Virus record (IMG/VR): IMGVR_UViG_3300008339_000030
Coordinates: 1 to 64,000 of that record
Reading direction: 5' to 3' (one strand)
From: an uncultured virus (IMG/VR IMGVR_UViG_3300008339_000030)
Lineage: Duplodnaviria > Heunggongvirae > Uroviricota > Caudoviricetes
DNA: 64,000 nt
A program made the translations under genes and the position numbers. This document shows, one piece after another, positions 27,274 to 38,434 of this stretch. Every line of letters starts with the position of its first letter. Position 1 is the stretch's first letter. Under the pieces are notes generated by a model. It saw only the letters and a program-made list of their open reading frames with translations. It did no database searches and was not told the origin of the DNA.

Positions 27274-29873
27274 TGTCAAACTTAAAGAACAAGTTACAGC
27301 ATTTAGTTGAAGGACAGATACCTGAATATCTTCGCGTATCATATCCTAGATTTGCTTCGTTCATTAAAGAGTACTATACATTTCTTGACACCAATCGTCA
27401 AGCCAATGCAGTACTTCTTAATTCTAACACTTGGACAGACGTTGATTTAACATTAGATTTATTTGTGGATGAAATGCGTAAGCAACATGCTTATGATATT
27501 TCCTCAGAAGCCTTAACTGAACAGCGTCGTTTAATTAAGTTTATCAATCAATATTACGAAGCAAAGGGAACAGAAAACGCTGCGGAATTGTATTTCCGCA
27601 TGATGTATAATGATACCGCAACTATAAAATATCCCGGTGATTATGTTCTACGTGCTTCTGATGGCGTTTGGCAGTCGAAAAAAACACTGAAGATTGATAC
27701 TGATTTCACACAAATTGATCCTGCCTCATTAGATTTAGCGCCCGCTGATTTACGTGAAGTCGCTGATGATGTATTTTCTCTGAAAGAAAAAACAATATAT
27801 TTAAAGTATCATCGTCGTGAACCTACCGGATTGAAACTATACTCACATGAATTGGGGTGTGTTGAGGTTGGTCGTATCATTACAAACAATGATATTTTTG
27901 AACTAGAAGTTGACGTTCCTAAAACCATTAACGTAAAAGATTTCAATGAAGCTTTAGCAACCTTATCATATTATGATACGGTATGGGTTACAGCATTTGT
28001 TAATGGTGTTGAATATGTGTATGGTTTTTTGACACAGCAACTTATAGGATACACCATTCTTTCCGGCGGTGAAAATTTCCGCCGCCGTGATACCTTCACA
28101 GTAGAAGTGGAAGAAAGTCCGTTATATCCTATCCCAGGACAAGAAAATAACAATGGCATCATTCGTGTAACAAGTGTAACCAAAAAAGATGTTGAAGAAT
28201 ATTTTGCGTCTGATTATGTTTCAATAGGTTCAGAGTATGCTGCTAGTGATACTGAAGGTGTCATTAATAACTTTCGTTTCATTTCTACCGGACATCGCTT
28301 TGATGTCACGGGTGATTACTTTGCAGAATTATATAATGAAGATGACGATTACACAACATATAAAGATTTCACCCGCGTATTAGAAAATCCCAGAAAAAGT
28401 AGATTCTCTACATTAGTAACAGGTGATTATTTTGAAGAACGCGAAGGTGTTACATCATACATGGAATTCAATGATGACCGAGGTTATACTGATTTCAATG
28501 AAACAATATATAATCTCAGTTCTGCCACAGTACGATTCGAAGTAGGATACATTTACGAACATCCCGGTGCATGGAAAAATAATGCTGGCTTCTTGTCAGA
28601 TATCAATAAATTACAAGACAACTATTATTATCAGGCATATTCCTATGTGGTACAAACTAAAAATGTACCATATGAAACTTGGAACACCTTATATAAAAAT
28701 AGTGCCCATCCTGCAGGGTTCATTGTGTTTGGTGAATTACTTGTTGAAAATGACATTACATTTACACCGATAGATATTACAAGTACACAATACATTATCA
28801 ACAATTTTGATGATGGTGTTCAACCAGTTGATACTGTTGCAAAACATGTTGCAAAACCTGTTACTGATACTTTCTCTGTAAGTGAAAATTCCATATACAA
28901 TTTCAATAAGTCGTTGACTGATACGGCGGTTGTAGATGACGTATCAGGATTGGAGTTAAATATTCAACCAGTCTTTAGTGATATTGTAGTATCGTCTGAT
29001 ATCCTTGCGAAAGACATTAACATTGCCAATATTACTGATGGTGTTGTTACCTCAGAAACATTCTTTGCAGAAATTACTATTGAACGTTCATTGGAAGATA
29101 CAATAATTACTAGTGATACAGTATCCACAAAGAATGTTAGTAAATTAGTGGAAGACAATACCTCTAGCAGTGATATTCTTTCATACTCTCTTACGAAAAC
29201 AAATATAACTGACTCAGTTAATACCTTAGATTCGGTTGAAAAAAATATCAGTATACAAATTGATGGTAATACGTATAATATAGAAAATTTCTTTGAAGAA
29301 GAATATGTAAGTGATAACGTGGTTACTGTGTCGGATGAGTTTTTACTTACCCGTACATATTTCTATACCGATACAGTTACAGTAGATGATACACCTTCTG
29401 TAAATTTACAACTTAATAAAACAGAAGATGTTGAGACAACTGATACTGTGGATACTATTTTCATCGAAAAAAATATTGCCGATTCTGTTATTGTCAGTGA
29501 TATAAAAAATATTGTCTTTTCACAAGAAGATGATGTAACAAGTGATTTGACTGAACAAGTGTCTATAACTGATAGCATAGAAATTTTCAGAGCATATTCT
29601 ACAGATGAAACGGTAAATATCAATGACTCAAATGTTCTTCTTGTTGGAAAAAATGTTTCAGATAGTGTATCTTCATCAGAAACTATAAACACGTTTGATG
29701 TCGATAAAAACATTATTGATACTGTGTTAACAGGTGAAATTGTAATTCGTGATTTCGAAAAGTTTTTCAATAACACAACATCATTGTCTGATTTGATTTG
29801 TATCGCCCTAGACGATTATATTGCAACAGGGTATGTTGATATAGGATATGCAGGAACGGTCAACTGTACTTAA
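27273..29873 (+). CDS. Baseplate wedge subunit (gp7-like) with acidic repetitive C-terminus
   Basis: F..FIKEYY.FL, YEAKGT, LQDNYYYQAYSY and HPAG motifs; follows gp6. Confidence 0.75.
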   Translation: MSNLKNKLQHLVEGQIPEYLRVSYPRFASFIKEYYTFLDTNRQANAVLLNSNTWTDVDLTLDLFVDEMRKQHAYDISSEALTEQRRLIKFINQYYEAKGTENAAELYFRMMYNDTATIKYPGDYVLRASDGVWQSKKTLKIDTDFTQIDPASLDLAPADLREVADDVFSLKEKTIYLKYHRREPTGLKLYSHELGCVEVGRIITNNDIFELEVDVPKTINVKDFNEALATLSYYDTVWVTAFVNGVEYVYGFLTQQLIGYTILSGGENFRRRDTFTVEVEESPLYPIPGQENNNGIIRVTSVTKKDVEEYFASDYVSIGSEYAASDTEGVINNFRFISTGHRFDVTGDYFAELYNEDDDYTTYKDFTRVLENPRKSRFSTLVTGDYFEEREGVTSYMEFNDDRGYTDFNETIYNLSSATVRFEVGYIYEHPGAWKNNAGFLSDINKLQDNYYYQAYSYVVQTKNVPYETWNTLYKNSAHPAGFIVFGELLVENDITFTPIDITSTQYIINNFDDGVQPVDTVAKHVAKPVTDTFSVSENSIYNFNKSLTDTAVVDDVSGLELNIQPVFSDIVVSSDILAKDINIANITDGVVTSETFFAEITIERSLEDTIITSDTVSTKNVSKLVEDNTSSSDILSYSLTKTNITDSVNTLDSVEKNISIQIDGNTYNIENFFEEEYVSDNVVTVSDEFLLTRTYFYTDTVTVDDTPSVNLQLNKTEDVETTDTVDTIFIEKNIADSVIVSDIKNIVFSQEDDVTSDLTEQVSITDSIEIFRAYSTDETVNINDSNVLLVGKNVSDSVSSSETINTFDVDKNIIDTVLTGEIVIRDFEKFFNNTTSLSDLICIALDDYIATGYVDIGYAGTVNCT

Positions 29874-29878
29874 AGTAG

Positions 29879-29886
29879 TATAAATA
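29879..29886 (+). promoter_or_regulatory. T4-type late promoter
   Basis: TATAAATA upstream of AGGAG RBS and ATG 29920. Confidence 0.7.
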
Positions 29887-29919
29887 CTAATAACAACTTT
29901 TACTTTTTAGGAGAAAGAA

Positions 29920-30366
29920 ATGCAAGAAAACATCAAGGCAACAGGTAAGTTGAACATTGTTCTTCGTGATGAAAATGGTAACATCAAAGAAGAACACACC
30001 CACGACAACTTAGTTGTAACAACAGGTTTACAACACATTGCATCCCGTATGGCAGGCACATCACAAGGCGTCATGTCACACATGGAAGTGGGTACAGATA
30101 ACACCGCAGCATCAGCCGGGCAAACTGGATTAATCGCAGGCGGTTTAACAGCTGGTCGTCAAGGTCTTGACTCATACACAGCCTCAGGTGCAACTGTAAC
30201 TGCCGTTGCAACTTTTGCTGCAGGTGAAGGCACAGGCGCATTGACAGAAGCAGGCATCTTCAATGCTAGTTCATCAGGCACCATGTTGTGCCGTACAGTG
30301 TTCCCAGTAGTTAACAAGGGATCATCTGATAGTATGTCAATCACTTGGACCATCACCATCTCATAA
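29920..30366 (+). CDS. Putative structural (tail/baseplate) protein
   Basis: NLVVTTG, LTEAGIFNA and ITWTITI pattern common in phage tail regions. Confidence 0.6.
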   Translation: MQENIKATGKLNIVLRDENGNIKEEHTHDNLVVTTGLQHIASRMAGTSQGVMSHMEVGTDNTAASAGQTGLIAGGLTAGRQGLDSYTASGATVTAVATFAAGEGTGALTEAGIFNASSSGTMLCRTVFPVVNKGSSDSMSITWTITIS

Positions 30367-30383
30367 TTCAGTAAGTAAACAAT

Positions 30384-32525
30384 ATGGCTAACCTGATTCC
30401 TGCTCAAACCAGGCACGAAATTGCTCGGTCAATTTATCGTGACATCATTACAGGACATGACTTTTTCTATGTTTTCGCAGGAAAATCATTTGAAGAAGCC
30501 GATACTCCTGTAGATACCCGACACTACATTTCCGACGTACATAGAAATATGTTGTTGGCAAAACGTGTCGTACCTGGTCCTTATGATGTGGTTTATATGA
30601 TTCGTCGTAAGGATTGGGAATCAGGGACCATATATGTTGAATATAGTGATTATGAAGAATTGGCATATGATGACGACGGTGTTTTTGTTGTAGAAGATTT
30701 TTATGTAATGACTGACGAATATAATATTTACAAGTGTATTCGTGTCGGAAGAAACAGTCAAGGTGTTGCCATTGCCTCAACTATAAAACCAACATCAACA
30801 ACTCCTGAGCCTGTGGTATTAAGTGATGGGTATTGTTGGAAGTTCATGTATGAAGTTCCTGTCATTGATAGAATTAAGTTTCTTACAACAGATTATATTC
30901 CTGTGCGAAATGTATCTGACGGTGTTAATTTCAATGTGAATGGTGTTATTGAAGAAGTTCGTATTGAGAGCCCAGGTGAAGGATATAATACACCATACCT
31001 AGTAATTAAGGGCGACGGATTAGTACCCACAACCATTACATTTAATGGTGGCACAGCTGTAGATTCCGCAAACGATACCATTGAATATCCGGGTCATAAT
31101 TTTGCAACAGGTGATGCCGTAACATATAATACAGGTGGCGGAACTTCCATCACAAATTTAACAAACAATACTGTTTACTATACTATATTCTATACCAATA
31201 AAGAAATTCGTTTAGCAGCATCGTTAGTTGATGCTGAAAATGGCGCATATATTAATATTGCGTCGGGTGTGGGATTGTCACACTCATTGACACCTGTAGG
31301 CACAACATCAAACGTGACAATTGACGGTGCGGGGAGTATCACTTCTGTTACTGTCACAAACTCAATGCGCGGATATACACATGCCCGTGCAATCATGTAT
31401 GATGCTAAAACTACACCTGCTGATTATAGCCCATCAATTTCTGGCTCAGAAAACTATTCAGGGACCATCTCCACTGATTCCACAACGCGATTGGTGTTGG
31501 GCACAGATACAGATTTCACAAATGAATTGGAAGATGGGTGGACCATTGTAGATTCAGCGAACAATGTGATAGGTGTTGTATCTAATATCATCTCTTCCAC
31601 TGAATTGGAATTGGTCACATTCCCAGAAGTTGAACTTGCCAACTCAACATATAGTGCATTTTCGGGTAATGGATTTCAGGGCATAGTTGTTTTAGGTGCT
31701 GAAACAGCAAGTGGTATCAATCAAGATGTGGTACTTGAAACAATTCATGGAGCCATTTATAAAGTTGATATCCTCGACGGCGGCGCTGGATATGATACAG
31801 CAACCGTTGAAGTTATTGGTGATGGTACGGGTGCAGAATTGTATATTGATCCCGATGATGATATTGTAAATGGTGTAATTAAGAATGTTCAAATTTTAGA
31901 TTACGGACAAAATTACAATTATGCTCGCATTGTAATTAATGGATTGCCCACTGAAGTGGCATCTGTGCGAGCAAACGTAGGTCCTCAACGAGGGCATGGA
32001 TTCAACATCGCCCAAGAATTGTTTGCTCATACATTGTGTATTAGTACAACAATCACCACAGAAAATGCCGATTTATTCCAAGGTAATGATTATCGTCAAC
32101 TCGGAATTGTAAAGAATCTCAAGTTGTATAATGCAACACAAGATGTTGATATTGGGTATTTTCAAAAGGATACAGGAACAAGTTCGTTCATCGTCACCGT
32201 TCCTGAAGATGAATATAATGAATATTCCATTGACGATGAAATTGAGTCATCAACAGGTGGTATATATAAAGTATTAACAAAGTTGTTTGATGCATCAACA
32301 GAAACGTATAAGGTCTATCTGGCATATGTTGAAGGAACAGAAGGACTCACAACAGAAAATACGTTCACGAACAACACAACAGAATTTGAAAACTTGACCT
32401 GTACAAATGTGGAAGACCCTGAATTTGATAAAAATACAGGCACCATCATTTACGTGAACGATTTCTCTCCCATCACACGTACAGCAGAACAGATTGAAAC
32501 TATTAAACTCTTTTTACACTTCTAG
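30384..32525 (+). CDS. Baseplate wedge subunit gp8-like, enlarged
   Basis: W.SGTIY, FYVMTDEYNIYKC, DGYCWKFMY, GHG and YRQLGIVKN motifs. Confidence 0.85.
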   Translation: MANLIPAQTRHEIARSIYRDIITGHDFFYVFAGKSFEEADTPVDTRHYISDVHRNMLLAKRVVPGPYDVVYMIRRKDWESGTIYVEYSDYEELAYDDDGVFVVEDFYVMTDEYNIYKCIRVGRNSQGVAIASTIKPTSTTPEPVVLSDGYCWKFMYEVPVIDRIKFLTTDYIPVRNVSDGVNFNVNGVIEEVRIESPGEGYNTPYLVIKGDGLVPTTITFNGGTAVDSANDTIEYPGHNFATGDAVTYNTGGGTSITNLTNNTVYYTIFYTNKEIRLAASLVDAENGAYINIASGVGLSHSLTPVGTTSNVTIDGAGSITSVTVTNSMRGYTHARAIMYDAKTTPADYSPSISGSENYSGTISTDSTTRLVLGTDTDFTNELEDGWTIVDSANNVIGVVSNIISSTELELVTFPEVELANSTYSAFSGNGFQGIVVLGAETASGINQDVVLETIHGAIYKVDILDGGAGYDTATVEVIGDGTGAELYIDPDDDIVNGVIKNVQILDYGQNYNYARIVINGLPTEVASVRANVGPQRGHGFNIAQELFAHTLCISTTITTENADLFQGNDYRQLGIVKNLKLYNATQDVDIGYFQKDTGTSSFIVTVPEDEYNEYSIDDEIESSTGGIYKVLTKLFDASTETYKVYLAYVEGTEGLTTENTFTNNTTEFENLTCTNVEDPEFDKNTGTIIYVNDFSPITRTAEQIETIKLFLHF

Positions 32526-32531
32526 GTACAT

Positions 32532-35500
32532 ATGGCTATCAATTTAGGAACTTCACCCTACTATGATGATTTTGATGTTGAAAAGAATTTTCACCGAGTT
32601 CTTTTCAAGCCCGGTTATGCGGTTCAAGCCCGTGAACTTACTCAACTTCAAACCATTTTACAAAACCAAATACAACGTTTTGGTGACCATGTATTCAAAG
32701 ATGGTTCTGTTGTAGTTGGTTGTGCTGAAACATTTCAGTTCAATGTACCATTTGTAAAAGTAAAAAACACCGATTCGGCAGGTATCACAATTGGTAGTTC
32801 TGCATATGAGTTATACAAAACAACGCTTGTGAATGCCGTTGTTAGTAACGAACTGGGTGTATCTGCCAAAATTGTGCGCGTTGATGAAGATTCAACAGGA
32901 CAACGAGTTCTGTATTTGAATTACCAATCATCATTCTACGATGAAACAGCACAAGAACTCATCACTGTGTTTGCTGAAGATGAAGCACTCACTGTGGTTG
33001 ATTCAACTGGTATAACACAATCATTTAGATTTTCTGTTTCAAGTAGTTCAGCCACAGGTGTAGGTTCACTCTACACCATTGATGATGGCATTGTCTATGT
33101 TGATGGAACATTTGTCCGTCATAACTCACAGACTAAAGTTCTGAGTTTCTATAGTAGTACACCAACAAAAAATATTGGATTCAGAATTATTACCAGTACG
33201 GTAACATCAAATGATGATGTAAGTTTACTTGATCCTGCTGCAGGGTCTTACAATTATGCAGCACCTGGCGGCGACCGATATAAACTTACCACACAACTTG
33301 AATCTTACGAAATAACAACAACACCTGACCAAGGATTCCATCTTCTATTCTTAGTTGAAGAAGGAAAGGTGAAGCGCGCATTTAACAAGCCACAATATTC
33401 AGAATTACAACGAGTATTGGCACAACGAACATATGATGAATCAGGTAACTATGTTGTCACAGGATTAAACGTCAATGTTCGTGAACATTTAAAAACATCA
33501 ACAAATAATGGTAAGTACACAGTAGAAACTATTGGCGATGCTTCCAAGTTGGTGTATGGTGTTGAACCCGGTAAAGCCTATGTAGAAGGATTTGATACAG
33601 AATTAAAGTCCACTGATTATCTTGCAGTTGATAAGGCAACTGATACATTACTAGTTGATGAACAACAAATTCCTACATTGTTTGGTAATTATGTTTATGT
33701 AAAGTCGGTGACCGGTAGTTGGTCATTGGCTGAAAACAATGCCACACTCAATCTCCGTGACGGTAGTAGTGTTTTAATTGCCACGGCAAAATTCCGTCTA
33801 TTACGTTTCTATCGTGATGTTACAGGAACAGGAAGTTCAAAATTCTACAAGTTATATTTGTATGGCATCACACTAGAAGCGGGCAAGACGGTTGATGATT
33901 TAACAACAATTCGTAACATCACAACAACAAATTCTAGTGCCACGGTGGCCATTACACCTGGAGATGATTTAGGTTCAGTTACACAAACTGGATTTAAATT
34001 ACACGAAGGCACATATAATTCACTACTATTCCCCACAGGATCCCAAGCTGTTGTGCAGTATGAAAACGATACTGACTACTTCTTCTGGAAATATTTGGGT
34101 GAATATACATTCAACGGTTCAGGTAATGGTAGTATTGCCGTAAGTGGTGTGGGACAAACCTTGGCAGGCACTAGTTCTTCCTTTAAGGATGATTTCATTG
34201 TTGTTGAACCTGTAGGTGCATCATACAACTTAGCAGAAATCACAGGATACACACCAACCAATACAACGTCAGGTACATTGGCAGTTGCCGTGGGTGATGC
34301 AGGCGCAAACAGAAAAGTATATGCACGAGTTCGTCAAGGTAATGGTGCGCCTATTGATTTGACACTTGACACCACATTTTTGGCAGTGGATGGCTCAACA
34401 TTAACTTCTACTAGTGCCACTAATTTAGCAGCAGGTAGAATTTACCTAGGCGTATCACACGCATTACAACTTGTATCAGTACACATTGCCGACGATACTG
34501 AAGCATACCCATCAACTGAAAGTGGTTTGAGTGCATGGAGTAATGTCACTTCAGAATTTACTCTATATGAAAACTCAAATGACAACGTATACAATACATC
34601 ATATGTTCAATATACAGGTGCTGAAGATTTAACTGAAAAGAAAATTGTGTTGAAGTTAAAAAACTTCACACGCTCATCAACATTAGGTTACCTAAATAGA
34701 AATTCATATCAAAGTGCCTTGATTGATTTTGATCCAACAACACTTGATTACAACAAGCAAATCTTCACATATGAATTACCCGTGTATACATCAGAATCAA
34801 CAGGCATCACATATGATATTCGTGATGTAATTGATTTCCGACCAACCGTTGAATTACGTTCGGGATATTCAGGTCAAACATATGTTGACGCCAAAAACAA
34901 CAATATGAATGCATCACATAATGTGCCTATCACAACGTTAGATACAACAAATGGTATAACGATACCTGATCCCGATAGCACATTGACGGCATCATTCACC
35001 ATTAATTTACCCAGAAAGGATAAAGTTGTATTAACCCGCGATGGTGAATTTAAGGTGATTACTGGTGTGTCTGCACTTAACCCACAAACACCTGCCGATG
35101 CCATTAACGCCATGACATTGGCAGTCATAGAATTGGCACCATATCCATCATTATCAACATTTGCTTCTCGCGTCTACGACCGCGAAGATTATGCATCAAT
35201 TGTTCGTTTAGTAGATAATCGTCGTTACACAATGCGTGACATTGGTGAACTTGAACAACGTGTGAATAGACTTGAATACTACACAGCATTGTCAATTGCT
35301 GAAAATCGTGCTGCCAATATGTTGATTACAGACGATTCAGGTAACGCCATGGTTAAGAAGGGTATTCTTGTTGATGCCTTCGATGGACATGATATTGGTA
35401 ACGTGTTTGATGCTGATTACTATGCATCAATTGATACCAAGAATAAAATATTACGAGCACCCTTCGCATTAAACAACATTGAACTTCATTTACCTTCTGA

Positions 35501-38240
35501 TGAATCTGAGGTCATCACAACAGGATATTCAGGTACATTTACCACTATCACAGAAAATAAATTTGCGTCAAAGGGTCGTGTCTGTGGTAATTTGTTACTA
35601 GGTAATTACATGGCAGGCGATTTACGTTTGGATCCGCCACAAATCACATGGGTAGATACACAAGTTCGTCCTGATGTTCAAGTAAATTATAACGGCGTTA
35701 ATGATGGATGGGAATTCAATACAAACGCCTTCAAGTTACACTGGAACAGTTGGAAAACCATATGGCAAGGTGTTGAAACAACCAATCTTCCTGTATTGAG
35801 TGTCACTACAGTTGCAGGTTTGGTAGGTGTTCGTGGTAGTGAAGCGGCACCATTAATTTCAGATGTCACAAAAAACATCATTACATCAGGTAAACTCCCA
35901 GAAAACAATCTTAGAAATATTGGTGTTCGTGTATTAGACGTTTCTGTTGTCCCATACATTGAAAAGCAAATCATCACATTCACTGCAACAGGATTGAAAC
36001 CCGGTACGGCTGTTCAGGCATATTTTGACGGCGAAGATGTCTCAGCACATTGCCGTTACTTTACATTGCCTACCGGTGTTACTGTAAATACAATACGTAA
36101 TTTGTCAGAAGGCATATTGTCATCACAATATACACCAAGTGCTTCGGCATACGGTGATCCATTAATTGTTGCAACCGATGGTACCTTAGTGGGACAATTC
36201 TTAATCCCTGCGAATACATTCCGCGTGGGAAATAAGGTGTTTAAATTAACAGATGCTTCAGAAACAACATCAGCGGCTGCACAATTACAATCATCAGGTG
36301 TCCCTAATATTGATGATGGTTCAATTTCATCAACACGATTCCCAGCAATTCGTCAAGATGCTCTTTCTGAAACACAAAACAATGTTGTGAGTCGTTTGTT
36401 GTTGTCTAATCCATCAACATTCAATCCCGCATCATTTGGCGATCCCATGGCACAGACCTTCATCATTGAAGGACATCCCGATGGTGTGTTCTTGAATAAG
36501 GTTGAATTGTTCTTCAAGAGAAAGTCATCAACCAAGAAGTTCACCATTCAAATCCGTGAAGTCATTAATGGATTCCCGGGCAATAAAATTGTACCGTTCA
36601 GTACCAAGACATTAAATGCGTCAGAAATTTCCGTCTCAGGTACTGCAAATACAGCAACCACATTTACATTTGAATCTCCGGTATATCTAAAGAACAACAC
36701 AGAATATGCTCTTATGTTATTGCCTGAAAACAACACGACTGAATATGAAGTGTGGGTTTCTGAATTGGGTGAAAATTTAATAGGCACTAACGAACGTATC
36801 ACACAACAACCTTATGTTGGTGTATTGTTCATTCCTAATAATAACACCATCTGGACAGCATTAGAATCTGAAGATTTGAAATTCAAAATGTATTCTAGAA
36901 GTTTTGAAACAACACGTACCGTCATTCTTGAATCTAAGCCCATTGATTACGTCACCATTTCACAAACAGGTACGTATGTTTTGAAACCAGGTGATGTTGT
37001 TCAAGTATTTGATGACACACAAACAGTATTGCCCGGAACAATTCAAGTATCAGAAAATGATACCATTGCGGGTTCAAGTACAGACTTCACCGACCTATCA
37101 GTGGGTGACCAACTTCGTGTATTTGCACCTTCGACAACAACCAATTTTACAGGTACTATCAGTATAACAGGTACTGCTGTCACTGGTTCAGCCACAACAT
37201 TCACCTCAGACCTACGTGTGGGTGACATTCTATATCAAGATGATAACATCACTGTTATTGGAAAGGTGGCATCAATTCAATCTGACACAGCATTAACACT
37301 TGAAGCCTCAGGGTCAGGTACTACATTGAATTATCGAGCACGCGCTTTGTTAGGTACAGTAAAAGACATCATCTCTGATACAAGTTTAGTTCTTGAAAAT
37401 GATGCAGTGAATATCACAGGAACAGGATTAACCTTCTATAAGGATGATACAACAGCTACAGGTTATGTCACGAAGGTGTATGGCACAACGGCTGAAATAT
37501 TCATAACCTCAGGTAGTTTGGCAACAAACGATACATTCACACGTGGTGCGTCTACATTCACCTTTGATAGTATTGATAACAAGCAAGCTACAGCACTTTC
37601 ACCTAACTTAGGTATCTTGAGTTTAAATCCCTCAACACAAGTGAAATTATCATACACACTACTTGATACATCAAGTACATATTATCCCGGGTTAGGCGCA
37701 TATATTACTGTGAACAATAATGATACTGTTGAGTTGCCTAAAGAATTCACAATTTATTCTCATTCAAACACAACAGGAAACATTCCTACATTGAAGATAA
37801 AGGCGGAATTATCAACCAATAATTCATTGTTAACACCTGTGTTAGACACACGAAAAATTTCTGTTCTAACATTGGCGAATGACATTGCCGCATCTGGTTC
37901 TTCAGATGCCGTGTATGTCACACGAACTGTAACATTGGATGGTGACGGCGCCGATGACTTGCGTGTATTCTTCGATATGATTCGTCCTGAACAATGTTCT
38001 GTAATTGTAGAAGCCAAGATGCAGAATGTAGAAGATGATAGACCGTTTGCTGATGTTGATTGGGTAACGTTGAATGAACAGGCTCCTGTTGTATATAATG
38101 GTAACATCTATCAGGAATATAGTTACAGTGTGTCAGCTCCTTCATCATTTGCCAAGTTTGCTGTGAAAATTACAATGAACTCCACTGATAAGAGTAAAAC
38201 TCCTCTCATTAAGAATCTCAGAGCAGTAGCGGTGATTTAA
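32532..38240 (+). CDS. Large virion structural protein (VrlC/DUF4815-like)
   Basis: PYYDDFD, VLFKPGYAVQARELTQLQ, RTYDESGNY, RYTMRDIG.LE.R..RLEYYT and DPMAQTF motifs. Confidence 0.85.
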   Translation: MAINLGTSPYYDDFDVEKNFHRVLFKPGYAVQARELTQLQTILQNQIQRFGDHVFKDGSVVVGCAETFQFNVPFVKVKNTDSAGITIGSSAYELYKTTLVNAVVSNELGVSAKIVRVDEDSTGQRVLYLNYQSSFYDETAQELITVFAEDEALTVVDSTGITQSFRFSVSSSSATGVGSLYTIDDGIVYVDGTFVRHNSQTKVLSFYSSTPTKNIGFRIITSTVTSNDDVSLLDPAAGSYNYAAPGGDRYKLTTQLESYEITTTPDQGFHLLFLVEEGKVKRAFNKPQYSELQRVLAQRTYDESGNYVVTGLNVNVREHLKTSTNNGKYTVETIGDASKLVYGVEPGKAYVEGFDTELKSTDYLAVDKATDTLLVDEQQIPTLFGNYVYVKSVTGSWSLAENNATLNLRDGSSVLIATAKFRLLRFYRDVTGTGSSKFYKLYLYGITLEAGKTVDDLTTIRNITTTNSSATVAITPGDDLGSVTQTGFKLHEGTYNSLLFPTGSQAVVQYENDTDYFFWKYLGEYTFNGSGNGSIAVSGVGQTLAGTSSSFKDDFIVVEPVGASYNLAEITGYTPTNTTSGTLAVAVGDAGANRKVYARVRQGNGAPIDLTLDTTFLAVDGSTLTSTSATNLAAGRIYLGVSHALQLVSVHIADDTEAYPSTESGLSAWSNVTSEFTLYENSNDNVYNTSYVQYTGAEDLTEKKIVLKLKNFTRSSTLGYLNRNSYQSALIDFDPTTLDYNKQIFTYELPVYTSESTGITYDIRDVIDFRPTVELRSGYSGQTYVDAKNNNMNASHNVPITTLDTTNGITIPDPDSTLTASFTINLPRKDKVVLTRDGEFKVITGVSALNPQTPADAINAMTLAVIELAPYPSLSTFASRVYDREDYASIVRLVDNRRYTMRDIGELEQRVNRLEYYTALSIAENRAANMLITDDSGNAMVKKGILVDAFDGHDIGNVFDADYYASIDTKNKILRAPFALNNIELHLPSDESEVITTGYSGTFTTITENKFASKGRVCGNLLLGNYMAGDLRLDPPQITWVDTQVRPDVQVNYNGVNDGWEFNTNAFKLHWNSWKTIWQGVETTNLPVLSVTTVAGLVGVRGSEAAPLISDVTKNIITSGKLPENNLRNIGVRVLDVSVVPYIEKQIITFTATGLKPGTAVQAYFDGEDVSAHCRYFTLPTGVTVNTIRNLSEGILSSQYTPSASAYGDPLIVATDGTLVGQFLIPANTFRVGNKVFKLTDASETTSAAAQLQSSGVPNIDDGSISSTRFPAIRQDALSETQNNVVSRLLLSNPSTFNPASFGDPMAQTFIIEGHPDGVFLNKVELFFKRKSSTKKFTIQIREVINGFPGNKIVPFSTKTLNASEISVSGTANTATTFTFESPVYLKNNTEYALMLLPENNTTEYEVWVSELGENLIGTNERITQQPYVGVLFIPNNNTIWTALESEDLKFKMYSRSFETTRTVILESKPIDYVTISQTGTYVLKPGDVVQVFDDTQTVLPGTIQVSENDTIAGSSTDFTDLSVGDQLRVFAPSTTTNFTGTISITGTAVTGSATTFTSDLRVGDILYQDDNITVIGKVASIQSDTALTLEASGSGTTLNYRARALLGTVKDIISDTSLVLENDAVNITGTGLTFYKDDTTATGYVTKVYGTTAEIFITSGSLATNDTFTRGASTFTFDSIDNKQATALSPNLGILSLNPSTQVKLSYTLLDTSSTYYPGLGAYITVNNNDTVELPKEFTIYSHSNTTGNIPTLKIKAELSTNNSLLTPVLDTRKISVLTLANDIAASGSSDAVYVTRTVTLDGDGADDLRVFFDMIRPEQCSVIVEAKMQNVEDDRPFADVDWVTLNEQAPVVYNGNIYQEYSYSVSAPSSFAKFAVKITMNSTDKSKTPLIKNLRAVAVI

Positions 38241-38431
38241 TGGAAACGCCATTTGTACGTGATAAGCATTCCAAGGCACTTATAAATACTGACACAACAG
38301 TTATTTTTGCTCGGCGTCAAGAAAAGCGTCAAGTGCAGAAGATATCCGAGCTTCAAGAAGAAATTACTGAAGTCAAAAACGACTTATTAGAAATAAAACA
38401 ATTATTACAATCAATAATCAACAGAGGATAA
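38240..38431 (+). CDS. Small coiled-coil hypothetical protein
   Basis: VRD..SKALIN followed by heptads; typical position after VrlC-like genes. Internal TATAAATA at 38281-38288. Confidence 0.7.
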   Translation: METPFVRDKHSKALINTDTTVIFARRQEKRQVQKISELQEEITEVKNDLLEIKQLLQSIINRG

Positions 38432-38434
38432 CTT

